A stretch of DNA of 64,000 bases from Neoconidiobolus thromboides FSU 785 (GCA_025603075.1 MU626276.1:117419-181418); one strand, 5' to 3'. Numbered from the stretch's first letter, positions 26,847 to 40,703 are shown. The notes: generated by a model from the letters alone, not told the origin. A program made the numbers and translations.

Positions 26847-29800
26847 TCAAGAATGGGAATTAGAAGGTGGGTTGGGTGGTAACTGAGGGTTAGAAGTGTC
26901 GGGTGCAGGATGAATAGTTGGTTGATTAGAACTCCTTTGCAATTGCTGTTGTTGCAACTGTTGTCTTTGTTGTAATTGTTGCTGTAGGATATGATTCGCT
27001 TGAATCTGCTGTTGCTGTAAAAATTGGTTTGCCATAGCTGCTTGTTGTGCCATCAACTGTTGATTATAAGGAATTCGCATTGGGTTTTGTCTTGGTGTTG
27101 AAGTGTTACCATTAAATGCAACGAATTGCATTGGGTGTGGTGAATTAATATTAGTTTGTGAGGGAGGTGCTGGGGTCGGGGTTTGATTGGGTAAAATGGG
27201 AGTAGCACTTGCATTTGTAACGTTGTGTGGAGATTCCGCTTGTCCAGCTTTGCCAGCCCCCTTTTTCTTCGATCCTTTCTTCCCTTTAGTAGCCCGTTGC
27301 TTAGTTTGTTTTGCTGGTTGACCTCCTTGCGTGGTCTATAATAGATAAGTAAACTCATTATAAAAATATATTAAAATGTTACAGGTTGGGTTGGAGCCGA
27401 AGCTACAGGGGTAGCTGTAGTTGTTCCATCTGAAATAAATATTAATATTAAATTTTTACTTAAATGATTTACTATTATTCATAGAAATTGGCATTCTGTT
27501 ACGAAACATAGGATTCTGCATTTGTGCCAGTTGATTTAAGGTTGCTTGGTTAAGCTGCATAGGATTAATATTATTTGGATAATTACCACTTCCGGGTCTG
27601 ATCATCCCGTCTTGAATTTGTTGTATTAATCTCCTTTGTGCTTCTGCTAATATTCTAGGATCTCCCGGATTGGCCTGTAAATTATTATTAAAAGGTGTCT
27701 AGAAAGTATTTTATTAACTCACTTGCTGGCCACTATTTGAACTATGTGGTAATTGTGTATTCTGTATATTATTTATCATTGAATTGTGCTGCATTTGCAA
27801 TGCTCTCTGATATAATATAGCATTCTGAGTATTTTGCATATGCGTAGCTAAAGCAATACCTTCCGGAGAGTTCAAATTGAGCTGATTCATATTAATGCTT
27901 GGCCTCAAATTATTTAATCCTTGAGGTAATCTTCCTCCATTTCTAGCAGCAGCAGCGGCTTGTGCAAACAAAGCAGGATTTGAAAGAATATTTGGTGGTA
28001 TATATCCAAGTGCTGCATATTGAGATGGATGTAGACCTTGCGGGATATTTGGTTGGATGATGTTATTATTTCCATTTGTTTGACCAGCCTGATAGTGTTC
28101 AGCAATGATTCTAGCCGCATTACTAGCTCTAGCCAAAGGAATGTTCCCAAGTGCATTCCGCATAGCATTTGGAATATTTTGGAAGTTTGTAGGAAACCCA
28201 GGCCTTAATACAGGATAAGGCCGCCCACCAATTGTATTCGGTCTTGAAATTGCGATAGGCGGTTGTCCTGGTTGGATTTGAGGTTGAACCTATAAAGATG
28301 TGTAAACAAATAAATACTAGTACAAAGCAACGATAAATAATTACTTGTTGAGTACTTTCTTCTTTTTGATCCATCCTTCTTTTAGATATTGGATCCTCGA
28401 GTACTTTAGCTTTTATCAAATCAATCGGATTTATAAAAGAAAGCTGAGTACTAGAAGATGGAGCATCAGACATAATCCCAGATGTATTATGTGAGTTCGC
28501 TGATAGTCGATTTTGTTAGATTAATTTATATTGCTAAACTGTAATTACCTGTATGCGTGTCTTTCTTTTTCATGGACTTCTTCTTTACAGTTTCAAATGC
28601 GGCAAACCTTGAAGAGGTACGTTTCTTTTCATCATGTGCATTATTTGTATTATTTATCAAATTTAAAGAATTAGAGTTATTATGATCATTGCTCTGAGCA
28701 GCTGAATTGGTTGGTGATGTATTTGAAATAAAAGACCATCTTTGAGAACAATCTTGAGCTTTTCTTTTTTGTGATGAGTATAAATTTGAATTATTGTTAA
28801 GCAAAGTAGCTAAAAGATCCCAATTGAAAGAAAGTTCTGAAGCCCTTTTTCTTATGAAATTATCCTCAATTGAATTCCATGATGGTTCAAATTTATTTGA
28901 TTTGATATTTGCTGCATTCTCTTTCGTAGTTAATGTGGCAGCATTTGTTCGTGTTTTGTTTAAAAGTACTATTTTGTTATTATATAATAAATAAACTATT
29001 TAGTATTAACACTTACATGGTAAATCTGAAAATGCTTGGAAATCCAGATTGGAATAGTAAGTTGAAGAATCAAATGGCAAATCATTTATAAAAGGAGCAG
29101 ATAAACTTGAATTGGGAATTTCATCTTGAAAAATAACAAAAGTATCTACCAGCCTTTGAATCGGAACAATCGAACCATGCTCTATTATATCTTGATAATT
29201 CTCAGTGTTAAGGTTGTCAAGTGTATATGTGAGCATATTTTCATAAAATGGATTATTTTCAGTTTCACCTGCTATTGATTCAGATTTTAAAGAAATATCG
29301 AAAATGCTTGAAGGGATCATGTCAACTTAATAAAGTTAAAATATATAAGCGAATAAGCGAATTAAGTTACCATTAGTATCTTTTTTCCTAACATTTACAG
29401 TACCATCATTTTTGAAAAATGTTTTTGTTACATGAAGTGATTTATCAGAAGCATTATGCCAATCTAAAACAGCGTCTGCTATCGTTTTGGCCATAGAAAC
29501 CTTGTACTTTTTTTCTTCAACAAAATCTGCTTGCATCCACATCTAAAAACAATGTCAAAATCTAATAATTTAGTACAAACAGCAATCTTACAGCTTCATC
29601 TAGAAGATTATCCCAATGAGTTTTCGGCCTTTGTATGGTAGGTTGTCGACTAAATTGCTTATAACTCCACTCGTTCTTTGCAGCCAAATTTTCAATTTTT
29701 TCATAAAGCTCACAAATTCTAGAATCGGAATCTTGTACCTATTAATATATTATAAGCATTCATACTTCAAAAGCATTAATATCTCATGGTAAGTTTAATA

Positions 29801-30934
29801 CCTTCCAATCGTCAGTTGATAATGCTCGTGTAGAACTGGCTACTTGTATATTTAATGGTTTAGATACAACTTTAGAAACGACCTCTTTCAAATCAAAGGA
29901 ACGCTGGCTCATATGTGCTTTATTTATTTTGTTTATCACGTCTTTGGCTAAAGACGCTTCTGGAAGTTCATCCAAGTTTTCTTGTGTCTTACCAATACTA
30001 AAGGGCATAGATCTTGGTTTGATATAGGATTTAGAATGAAATTGGAGAGACTAACATAAGTTTTAATATGTAATCTGTTTTTGAAAAAATTATAATACCT
30101 CAAACAACTCCCTCGCTTTTTTTAAGTAGTTTTCTCTAATACTGCCTTTACTGTACTCGTCTTCAGTGTTATCACCTAGAATTTCTTAACATTATATGTT
30201 GTTTAATATTAGATTTACGTAATTTTTAAATAGCAACATACCCTAAATTAGGTTAGATAAAATAATCAGTAACAAAACTTAACTTACTGTATTCGCTTTT
30301 TCTTTAATGAATGAATTTGAGTTATCACTAACAAGTAATTAGAATTAAACAGACATTGGATCAAGCTTAAATACCTGTATGTACCCGATTCTTCGAATTT
30401 GAGAGGCATAGAGGTCCTTCTTCTCTGAAAATTGTTTTTTTTAAAGATGGAAAAATGGTCTGGACTATGGGTTTTTGTAGCTAAAGTGTTGTTAGTATTG
30501 ATATGAATAAAGCAAGTAATAAGGTATACAAATTATCTCATCTTGTAATCCCAGAATATTTGAATCCTTACTTGAATTAGGATCACTCTCGTTTCCATTT
30601 CCGTTTTCATGATCATTAATTAATACTGATTCATCAACAGTTAACTCATCTTATAATTTTAAAAAAATATTATCCATTGTTTAAATATTATCTACCTGAC
30701 ATATAAGACTCGTCCAATTTTTCAACTATAGCTGAAGATGCATTTGGTGACTTGATTAATGTCAAATATTTTGGATTAAACTCATTTTGCGCTTCAGAAA
30801 TATCAAAATTAAAAGCTTCCTCAGACTTTAAACCTGGTTTAAGTTTTCTATCAATTTTTAGTTTTAATAATGAAAAATAATTTAAAATACTCTAATTTGT
30901 TTATTTCAAAAAATGATGCTTCTTCTTTATACAT
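26847..30934 (-). CDS. EAF1: NuA4 scaffold Eaf1 (HSA + SANT + Gln-rich tail), many exons; 5' end uncertain
   Basis: STRALSTDDW, WSYKQ...KTHWDNLLDEA|MWMQADFVEEKKYK (HSA), WNSIEDNFI...NWDLLA...CSQRW (SANT); all exons chain in frame if a 1-nt exon at 30242 is allowed. Confidence 0.88.
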
Positions 30935-31617
30935 AACAGTCTAAGGGAGTGATAAATAATTGAACTTGAAATTTAACCGCTATACTTTTAAGTTTAGCGT
31001 TTATAGCTATGTGAAATAACCAAAGCTGTTCAGTTTGTTATTAAAGGGATGTATAAGTAAATAAAAATTATATAAAATAATATCCTTGGTATGAAGGTGT
31101 GACTATATAGCTGGGACTTTATTATATGTCCTTTGAAATTTTAATCCCTTTTCAATCCTTTGTCACTTCAAATCGTAACTTTTTTGCAGTCGATTTCTAG
31201 CAAAAATTAATCTCAATCCTGTCCTTAAATTTTTGAAGTTTATCGCAAAATTCAATTTTTGAATTTAACTTTAGATGCTCAGAATAATTATTATAGAAGC
31301 ATATGAATTTTTGTATAAAATGAAATGAATATAACCTTACACTATACTTTTTATCTATATAATTTAATCCTTTATATTTGACCTTCGAATAATGTAAACC
31401 TTTTTTCAATATCCACACTTTATATATTCTCATACTTTAACTATAATAGATAGAAAAATGATTTGGATGTTTTTACCATAATGAAAATATATGAAAAAAT
31501 ATCATTTGAATAATCTTAAAGGTAGTTCTATAAATAAGCCACTTTTTATCATTTATTATTAACATGTTATAAATTTTGAATATAGTTTTAAATATAACAA
31601 ATTATTTGACATTATAT

Positions 31618-31712
31618 GGGGCTGTTTTTGTTTTCATTATTTTTCCATTTTTTAAGCACTATTTGAGTGGAAAGATTGTTAGTAAAATTCTCAAATATAA
31701 AAACACGGCCTC
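31618..31712. mobile_element. MITE copy 6
   Basis: GGGGCTGTTTTT...GGCCTC; flanks ATAT/ATAT. Confidence 0.88.
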
Positions 31713-31762
31713 ATATCATAATTATTAAACTTTTATTAGTTTTGAAAGGCATTAGAACATAT

Positions 31763-31859
31763 GAGGATGTTTTTTTGATTTCATTACTTTTCCATTTTTT
31801 AAGCGTTGTTTAAGTAGAAAGATTGTTAGTAAAATTCTTAAACACAAAAATACATCACC
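31763..31859. mobile_element. MITE copy 7 (tandem with copy 6)
   Basis: GAGGATGTTTTT...ATACATCACC; flanks ATAT/ATAT. Confidence 0.88.
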
Positions 31860-32270
31860 ATATATATTTGAATAGATAACGTTTGAAAGTTTATAATGAA
31901 ATTATTAAATTTTATTTTATAAAACAACAGAAGCAATCATAATATAACATATTTTAGATTTGAATTTTCAAATAATATACTCGAAATTTATATTGTATTT
32001 AGTTATAAACCCTTAAATCTAAAGTGCAAATAATAATAAAAAATAAAATAAAAAATAAAATGCAAATAGCGATAAATTAAATATTAAGAAAAATCTTTAG
32101 GTCATAATGTTTATTTTTAAATTTAATCTTTCTTTAATAAATGTAAGCAAGGGAAGAGGGATTTTAATTTCAATAAATTATTTAAAATTAATTTAAGTTC
32201 TTATATCAAATTTTCCAAAGCCTATAAAAACAGTATAATTTCCTCAAAGAAATTACAATAACACAATAAA

Positions 32271-33150
32271 TTACACATTAATCTTTTGGCGATATTTTAC
32301 CAAGTCTTCGATAGTGATAATCTTAATATTGTATAACTCAGAAAACTTTAAACAATCATCACGTCGTTTCATAGTACCATCATCATTAACAATCTCTCCT
32401 ATAATTCCCGCTGGAAATACCCCTGATAATTTGCAAAGATCTATAATACTATTAAAATATGAATGACGTAATAAAACACATAGCTTACCCACACATGCCT
32501 CTGTATGACCTGGTCTTTCTAGTACTCCTCCAGCAACTGCTTTAAGTGGTAAAATATGACCTGGTTTGATAAAAGCATCCCCGCTTATTATTTTTGGATC
32601 TCCTAATGCAGCGCATGTCTTCGCTCTATCAGAAGCAGATATGCCTGTAGTTGTGCCTAAAAAAATTAAATATCGTAAGGTCAAATATAATTTGTATAAC
32701 TATAATATTTACCTTCTTTTAGATCGATCGAAACACCATAAGCAGTTCTTAATGGATCTGTTGGATTTGGTACCATTAAAGGAATATCAAGTTGCTCTAA
32801 TCTTTCGGCCGTGGTTGGGGCACAAACGTAACCACTAGTATAATATAAATATTTAAACAATCATCTTTTTTAGCTTTATTTACCTTGAATAGCGAATCAA
32901 AAACGCCATCTTTTCAGAAGTTATATGTTCAGCAGCGATAATAAGATCTCCTTCATTTTCACGGTCTTCATTATCCATTACGATTAAAAATTCTCCCTTT
33001 GCTAGTAACAATTGGTTAACATATTGTAGTATAGTATAAAATAAAAACAGAATATTATGCTTAGTTAATAAAATACTTACCAAAACTATTTAATGCTTCA
33101 GGAATAGAATCAAACTTTTCTTTCGATATACCAACTTGATCAGTAACCAT
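32271..33150 (-). CDS. RIB3: 3,4-dihydroxy-2-butanone 4-phosphate synthase (5 exons)
   Basis: [46 protein letters not shown]. Confidence 0.95.
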
Positions 33151-34469
33151 TTTTATACTATTTATTTTGAATTGAAGAAATTGAAAAAGGTTAAAATTCA
33201 TCTTATTTATACTTTGTTATGATATGTTTACAGTTTTAATACTCTATAATTATAATTAGTGCTACTTAAAATTAGTAGATAATTGATTGGTTTAATTTAT
33301 TCAATGGCCAATTAACTTTATGATTTAGTAATAAGTCTAAATTTGGAGATGCCTATTCTTTGACTTTTCGCCTTTATGACCAACTCCATGAAAATTTATC
33401 CTAATTATTTACATATAGTATTTTAAAAAAGGATGTGTTTCAATATAAAGTTTAAATGGTAATTATTTTATTTTATTTTATTGTTCGTTATAATTAGCAT
33501 TCATTCAATTCAATATTAATATAATTATATTAAACTTATTGTAAGAGTGTTAGATTACTAATCTGAAAATTAATTTTTTTTTATTAGAAATCCTTACATA
33601 ATCAAAGGGTTTTAATTTCGGAAGTTGGTGTAATGGGGTGTAATGGGCAAATAAAAAACCATATTATACTGATTTCAATCTAACAGATTTAACATTATCT
33701 TGCTCAAAAAAATTATGTTCTGCTTCTAATTAATAATTCAGATTTATACAGTCAAATGTTTTTATTATAAATAAAAAAATTAGTTTTACAAAACAAAAAT
33801 ATTTATAATAAATATTGTGCATAATAATAGAATAATTTTTATAAGTCAATTCTCTACTTTAAATTGAGTATTTTTTAAAATCAAATTAGATAAAAAGTAG
33901 TATAGCTATAGTTCAATTACCATACTACTTTATGGTGACAACAAGTAATTAAATTTTATTATATTGTATTAGAATGTCTTATTTTTTTGAATATTTAGTT
34001 GGTAAATTTTAACGAAGTTAAATAAAGAATGGACAAATACCCACTATTTCTACTATATTACTCCCTTCTTATTATTGATTAAAACATTCAAGCACTCAAG
34101 AATTCAAAGCTTTACAAGTCTAAAAAATACATAAACCAGATCAAAAGATATTCTCTATATCATGTCAAGGATCTTTTAATAATATGAAAAACGTTTTACA
34201 ATTTTACAAGACCAGTTAATTATAAAACTTCAAGAATTCAACAGAATATCATATTGTTCTATAAAATCCTACATTTATGGTTAAGTTTGATCAACAAAAT
34301 AAAAAAGTATTTATAATATTTTAATCAAATTTTATTTACGTATTAAACAACAATTGGAATGAGTTTCAGTGTACCCTTTATTTAACATAATGGAATAATG
34401 AATATTTATTAACTAATATCAACTTCAACTTCTTATTCCATTACAAAAGACTGGATTTGGAATATAAAA

Positions 34470-35309
34470 TTAATTAGTCCAAGCGCTAAAGAGAACAGCT
34501 AATACAGAGACATTAATCAAAGACACAGTAGAGCTTGTAGCAGCTGAGTCAGTGATCACTTTCTTGATTTTAGTAGTATAAGTCATCGTTTTGGTTTGTG
34601 TAGTACCGTTGACTACTTCAGTAGATAAACTAGTACTCGTAACTTCTTCTTCAACCTCAGTAGTCTTTACACCTAAAGCTTAAATTAGAATCGATTTATT
34701 TTCTAAATTAAATAAAAGTACCTGTTGGTGTGAATTTAGTCTTTGTTTCTATCATTTATATTTAGTACTGTTTGTTACTTTATTGTTTTAATTTACCTTG
34801 TGGTTTATCCTTTTCTTCACTTTTAGTAGTTTTTGGAGTGTCATCTGATTTAGATGGCTCCTTAGTTGGATCTTTAGTTGGGATTGATGTTGTTTCTTTA
34901 GTTGATTCCTTGGTAGAATCTTTTGTAGGATCTTTGGTTGTTTCTTTAGTTTCTTCCTTTGTGGTAGTTTTAATAGGCTTTTCTTCAGTCTTAGTAGATC
35001 CAGTAGTGGGTTTTTCACTACTCTTAGTTTCTTCAGATTTACTTGGTGTGTCTGTTGTTTTTGTTTCTTTAGGCTTTTCAACAGTTCCTTTGCTTTTAGA
35101 TTCTATATCTGATCCAGTCTCCAAGTCTGTTGCAGCTTTAAAATCATTAAATATAAATATGAAAAGTATTGAATTTATCTACCTCCTTGTATGTTATCTG
35201 ATGAAGCACTAGATACTAAAGCAACTATAATATTATTAATATATGATGTATATAAATAGTAAGCTTCATTACTTAAGATAGCGAATAATAAAGTATGTGA
35301 AAATTTCAT
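34470..35309 (-). CDS. Secreted Thr/Lys/Glu-rich, probably GPI-anchored surface protein (5 exons)
   Basis: MKFSHTLLFAIL|IALVSSA signal peptide; TK-rich stalk; C-terminal DSAATSSTVSLINVSVLAVLFSAWTN hydrophobic tail. Confidence 0.75.
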
Positions 35310-36079
35310 TTTAGTCTAAATTATAAAGAAATGAATAGAGTCTTTGAAGTTCATTTTTAAATATTCTAAAAATTAATGTTCTTCTTTCACCACCTAAATT
35401 AAGTAATGTATTCAATTAACTTTTTTTAATAGCATTGAGAAGTACTAGTACCAAGCTAAAGTAACTTATAAATAAACTAGTTATTCAATTGGTTATTTTT
35501 ATAAAACAAATACTAAAAATAATAACTAATTATATTGATAGCTTGCTTATTATTTTATAAATAACTTTTATTTTTATTTCAAAGCTTGACTTTTTTCGAG
35601 ATTTTCTTATGAAAACTTTATTCTATCTCATTTTTGATGATTTAATTCGTCCACTTTTACATGAAAAACTATAGGCTAACAATAAACTATATTTTCCAGT
35701 GGCTTTAAAATTAAACTTTATAATTTTAAGAGCCTATTTTTTTAAAAGTAATATAAAACATCTCTGTTTTACACCAAACTATTAGCATACGAATAACGTA
35801 AAATTGAGAATCCTTAAAATACATATTCTGTCCAAATTTTTTTTAATGCAGCTAATGTTTTAGCAAACTGTAGCTTTACTGCTTATAGTTCTGAACTAAA
35901 AATAACTTTATTTTTAAAAATAAGGTTCTAATTATAAATATAATTAAAGTTATAAAAATTTCACACTGTATAATTTTAAAAGTGTAGCTATTTGATAAAT
36001 AGTATAATATGCTATTGTAACCAGATATTAAAAACAATCTAAAATATACAGATTATTACATGTTATATTAATTATTTAT

Positions 36080-36790
36080 TTACATGAAAATCAAATTGAG
36101 AATGAAAAAATAGATAATAGATTGAGCAATAGTGAAATAAGGCATCAGGAAGGAACTGGAACCCGTGGTAACGGTTTTTGGAATTTTGGATGTGATAACA
36201 CTCGTTTGGGTGCTAGTTTTGCCATCAATAACAGTAGTTATAAGGCTTGTTTTGGTAACATACTCGTCGCCACCACTTGTTGACTCTTAAATATAAAAAT
36301 TTAGCCTAATTTAATAAAATAAACTGTTTTATTGTTACCTTTAGTTTTAGGTGGTGGGATAACGGTAACAGTTTGAGTCAAAGTAATTGGTGGGTTATCC
36401 GTAACAATAGGAGGTTTGTCCGAAGTAACTGGAGGTTTGTCTGAAGTTATCGGTGGCTTATCAGAGGTAACTGGGGGTTTATCAGAGGTAACTGGGGGTT
36501 TATCAGAAGTAACTGGAGGTTTGTCCGAAGTAACCGGAGGTTTATCCGAAGTTACTGATGGGGTACTTGTAGGTTCTGGTGTTTCACCTGTTGGAATTGA
36601 AACATCACCTATTATTTTTTAACTAAAATAAATTAATAGTTATTAATGATGTTACCAGCGACATTAGGTTGGCCATCTACTCCAGCATTTTGAATAGCAC
36701 CTACTACATGATATTATTAATATTATATTAAAGTAAATGAAAATGAATTGTACTTAGATATAGTAATAAAATTGAAGAATTGAATTTCAT
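36080..36790 (-). CDS. Secreted Pro/Thr-rich, probably GPI-anchored surface protein with PPVTSDK repeats (4 exons)
   Basis: MKFILQFLLLYL|IGA signal peptide; repeat stalk; hydrophobic tail FLMPYFTIAQSIIYFFILNLIFM. Confidence 0.75.
36410..36556 (-). repeat. Coding minisatellite, 7 x 21 bp (PPVTSDK)
   Basis: Units start at 36410, 36431, 36452, 36473, 36494, 36515 and 36536; differences are mostly synonymous. Confidence 0.95.
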
Positions 36791-37528
36791 TTTTAAATAA
36801 AAACTATTAACTAATTTTTACACCTTATATACTTTTTAAGCGGGTTAAATTAAACTTGTTTTTTATGAAAGTTATTTTTAAATTTAGTATACTCCTTTTT
36901 GATTTCATTTGTAATCACTTGAATTTTTCATTTTCTATTTATATTTATTAAGATCACGATATACACTCATAAATAGAATAACAAATAATACCATATTTAT
37001 TGCAGTTTAACAGTTGATATATTGTATTCTAAAAATAAAACTTCATTTTGTCATTGTAACAATTTAGGGTTTATCATTAAATTTGTAACATAGAATAATT
37101 TAATAAATGCTAACCTTATATTTCATAAAATAGAGTACCCCCAATTCACTTATTTTGATTTTTTTCCTTTAAATCAATATCATTTTCATTCTCTAACTTT
37201 CTTCTAATAGTTACAAGTTCGTATTTAATTAGTCATTGTTAGCACAAGCAATTGACATAAAAAAAGCTTAAAGGATACTAGTTAAACCTTTGAAGTTAAA
37301 GACGTGCCTTTATGAAACTGAAATTTAAATATTACAAAGAGTAAAAGTAAAAATATTTTATTGAATAAAATAATAGTAGCCTATATTTGCGAACCAATTT
37401 TATATCTTTAATTTAAAGTGTGACTGCTATTAGGTTTTAAATTTATATCTCGTTTTTATGTATTTCAATGATATGTATAAAAGTATCATAAACTAGTGAT
37501 GTAATATATAAGCAGTAATTTATTGTTG

Positions 37529-39209
37529 TTAAAATCCCTTATTATAAATCCAACGATTGACCATTTCCAAAGCATTTTCTGGTTGATCATAAGGAACCTA
37601 AAAAAAAGGTTAATATTATGCGATTTATACATATAATGTAATTACCATATGGCCTGCATTAAATACTCTTAAAAAAGTAAAATGCTCATGACTACGTACT
37701 TCACCTGCAGGCTTACCAGTTTTTTCGTTAATCCAGGTTTTATCTTTTTTGTTAGAAAATTGGTCATGACCTGGCCACTCTAAATTAACAGTCCATGCTT
37801 TACTTCCAATCCAATTACAAATAAAATCAGCATCGCCATTGTAAACTAATACTTTGATACCACCAGACAACAAGATAGGGATATCACGTACAAATGGATA
37901 CATGCTAACAGATTAGTATAAAAATTATAATTAAAATAGTAAATTACAGGTCTCCAGTAATTGTAAATCCAGTATTGACAGAGTTGCTACAAGATTCATA
38001 TTTATCAACTTTAACGCCAAGTTCTCTCATAACATGTGGTAGATTATAATAAGACTCAAGATCATTAATAATATCATAACACAGATCGTTATCTCCGCAT
38101 TTTCTACGCACATCGTATGGATTCATACCTGATTTCATATAAGGAGTTTCCATAACATTTGAGCAATATAAAGAGGCAGGTACACAAGTAATGAAACTAG
38201 TAAAATCATAACAAGATTTAATCATCTTTTTACATTTTGGGAAATTAGCACGCATTTTGTCACAAACTGGCTTTGGTAAAACAGGGGCATATGTATTATT
38301 ACATGCCATATCTGGGTAATATTCATATTGTACTAATGGATCTGTTACTCCGTTTCCGATACCGATACTTTTTAGATTAATATAATTAGATGGTTCCGCT
38401 ACTATGTTATTTTCATGAACTACTTTGGCTAACTCAGGTACGTAATGTCCACCATAAGATTCACCAAAAATATGAAATTCAAGATGACGATATTTTGGAA
38501 ATTCTTTAAAAAATAATTGTAAAAATGGATAAAGTTCCTTAGTTGAAGCTATAGTATTGGTTGGTGTACCTGTACCATAAGAAAAACCAGTATTGATAGG
38601 CTAACAATTTTAGTATTTTAATATTTTACTAAAAATAGCAAATAAAAATAATTTACTTGATCAACGTAAAGAATATTTGCATTACTATTCCAGCTATGAG
38701 GATGGATATTTGTACCATTTCCGAATTTATTGACTCTGCACGGTCCATTTTCCATTAACAAACCTAACATAGAAGAGCAGCCTGGACCACCATTAAGCCA
38801 TAAAATTAATGGATCTTTACTTGGGTTGTTTCTTGATTCAAAAAACCAAAAGAAAAAATGCTTATTTGATTTTGTATCTAAATAACCAGAATACTAAAAC
38901 AATATTAATATTAAATATTGTAAATTGAATTAAATATTTTACTTGTTGAACCTTATCGCATAACTTTGGCTCTTTGATACGTATAGCATAATTTGGATAC
39001 TCCTTATCCATAAGTACTTTTCCTTCCCAATCATTTTGTAAAGTATTTAAATCAAATGGATATAATTCTTCTATCATTTCGTTCATTTCCTCCATCTCCC
39101 TATCTAAATTAAAGAGCTGATCTACTTTCTTAAACGAGACTTGCTTGAATGCAACTATGACGGATGTCATAATGCTAAATAGCAATAAAACAGTTTTAAT
39201 GTTGTTCAT
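37529..39209 (-). CDS. PRC1: Serine carboxypeptidase S10 (carboxypeptidase Y-like)
   Basis: Signal/propeptide, [35 protein letters not shown]|VPYDQP. Confidence 0.92.
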
Positions 39210-39531
39210 TTTATTTATAGTAAAACTAAATAAAAAGCAGTTATTATTTTGAATTTTTTCGATTAAGTTATAGTGAATGACGTATTATAGTAGTTTCAAA
39301 AGTTACTAGTTCGAAATTTTTTAAGCAAGTTGTTTAATTAGAAATTTTTTATCATAAAATAATTTTCAAATAAAAGGAACATACTAAAATAGTAAGCTGC
39401 AATATCTAAACTCCATCGTAATTTTAATTGGAAGTAAACAAAATAAAACTGGTTTAAAACAATTTAACATTGGTTTTAAACTTAAAAAGTAGCGACAGCA
39501 CTATAGAGATTAATAATAACAGATTAGAGAA

Positions 39532-40703
39532 ATGATAACCAATTTAACTTTTAGTTTGCAAGAATGTCTATTATATAGTAGTTATTTAAGCATTCAATTT
39601 GTATTACCATTTTATTTGTTTTTAAAGAATGAGGAGGTTAAATTGTCTAGAAATTCACCAGTGATAATAATAAAAAGATTCAAGATTGTGTTATTCAATT
39701 GCGTTTTAGCTTTCCTTTCTTTAATTTTTATTGTTAAAATTAAGATTAATTCAATGGTAATTTTAAGTTGAAGTGTTTTATTTATTAATTCATTCTTTAT
39801 TTTCCAAGTCCATAGCAACTATTATGAAGGAATTAGTTTATGAGTTAGGATTAATACCTATTAATGGAATTTATACTTTAATAAGTAGCTCAATTTTAAT
39901 TACTATTTTATTTATGAGTAGTTTAGTCCAGTTTTATATTGAAGAAGATTTATTTTTTCAAAAAAATAATTTCAAATCTTATTTCAACTATTTGTTTTTC
40001 AATTTATTTGGTTTAAGAGCGTATATTATTGTAAGCTTTTACTTCTGTAAATTTTTATTCTATTCATTCTATTTAGGGTCCATTCTCTGAAGAGTTTATT
40101 TTTCGAGTATGTATGTTATTGCCATATATCCATTCCAACCAGAATAAGAACTTAGTAATATTTTATTTGCCTTTATTTTTTGGTGCTGGTAGGTTATATT
40201 TATTATTAATTTTATAGTTTTAATATTCTTTGAATATTGTTTTAGCTCATTTACATCATTTTATTGAGAATCTTCGATTCGGTATCCCATTTAAAAAGGC
40301 CTTATTTCAATCAAGTATTAACTTTTATTATTGTTATAATATATTGTCTAATAATAATTAGTATTTCAATTTATATACACTACATTATTTGGATGGTACG
40401 CTACATTTTTATTTTTAAGAACAGGTAAATTAAATGTTATTGTTTATTAACACTAATTTTTATTAATAAGGCTCATTATGGAATCTATTTTTATCACATA
40501 CATTTTGTAATATGATGGGACTACCTTATCTATCCTCTAAGTTAAGTTCTAAATCTTTAATTAGTAAGAATTAGTTTACGTAATTTTACAATTCATAATA
40601 ATACCATTTGTTTTTAGTTGTCTCGTTCCTCTATGTATTAGGTTTAGTTCTCTTTTTGTATTTACTATATCCATTAACTGAATTAAATACTAACTTGATT
40701 TAA
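39532..40703 (+). CDS. RCE1: CAAX prenyl protease 2 (multi-exon)
   Basis: Spliced GPFSEEFIFR, FFGA|AHLHH, QFIYTTLFGWYATFLFLRTG, HTFCNMMGLP. Confidence 0.9.

Noticed and set aside
30481-30529. GTATACCTT donor and scattered RTATCCTT motifs as possible U12 introns
   Set aside because: The donor deviates from GTATCCTT and has a U2-type ACTAAC branch; other hits are intergenic or on the wrong strand.
31197-31433. 78-aa ORF upstream of EAF1
   Set aside because: No recognisable motif and could not be spliced in frame to EAF1 with confidence.
33626-33646. TGGTGTAATGG tRNA A-box-like motif in a 2 x 10-bp direct repeat
   Set aside because: No B box (GTTCRA), acceptor stem or cloverleaf follows.
34030-34390. 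Protein-looking frame with several in-frame stops
   Set aside because: Stop density is close to random expectation; no family recognised.
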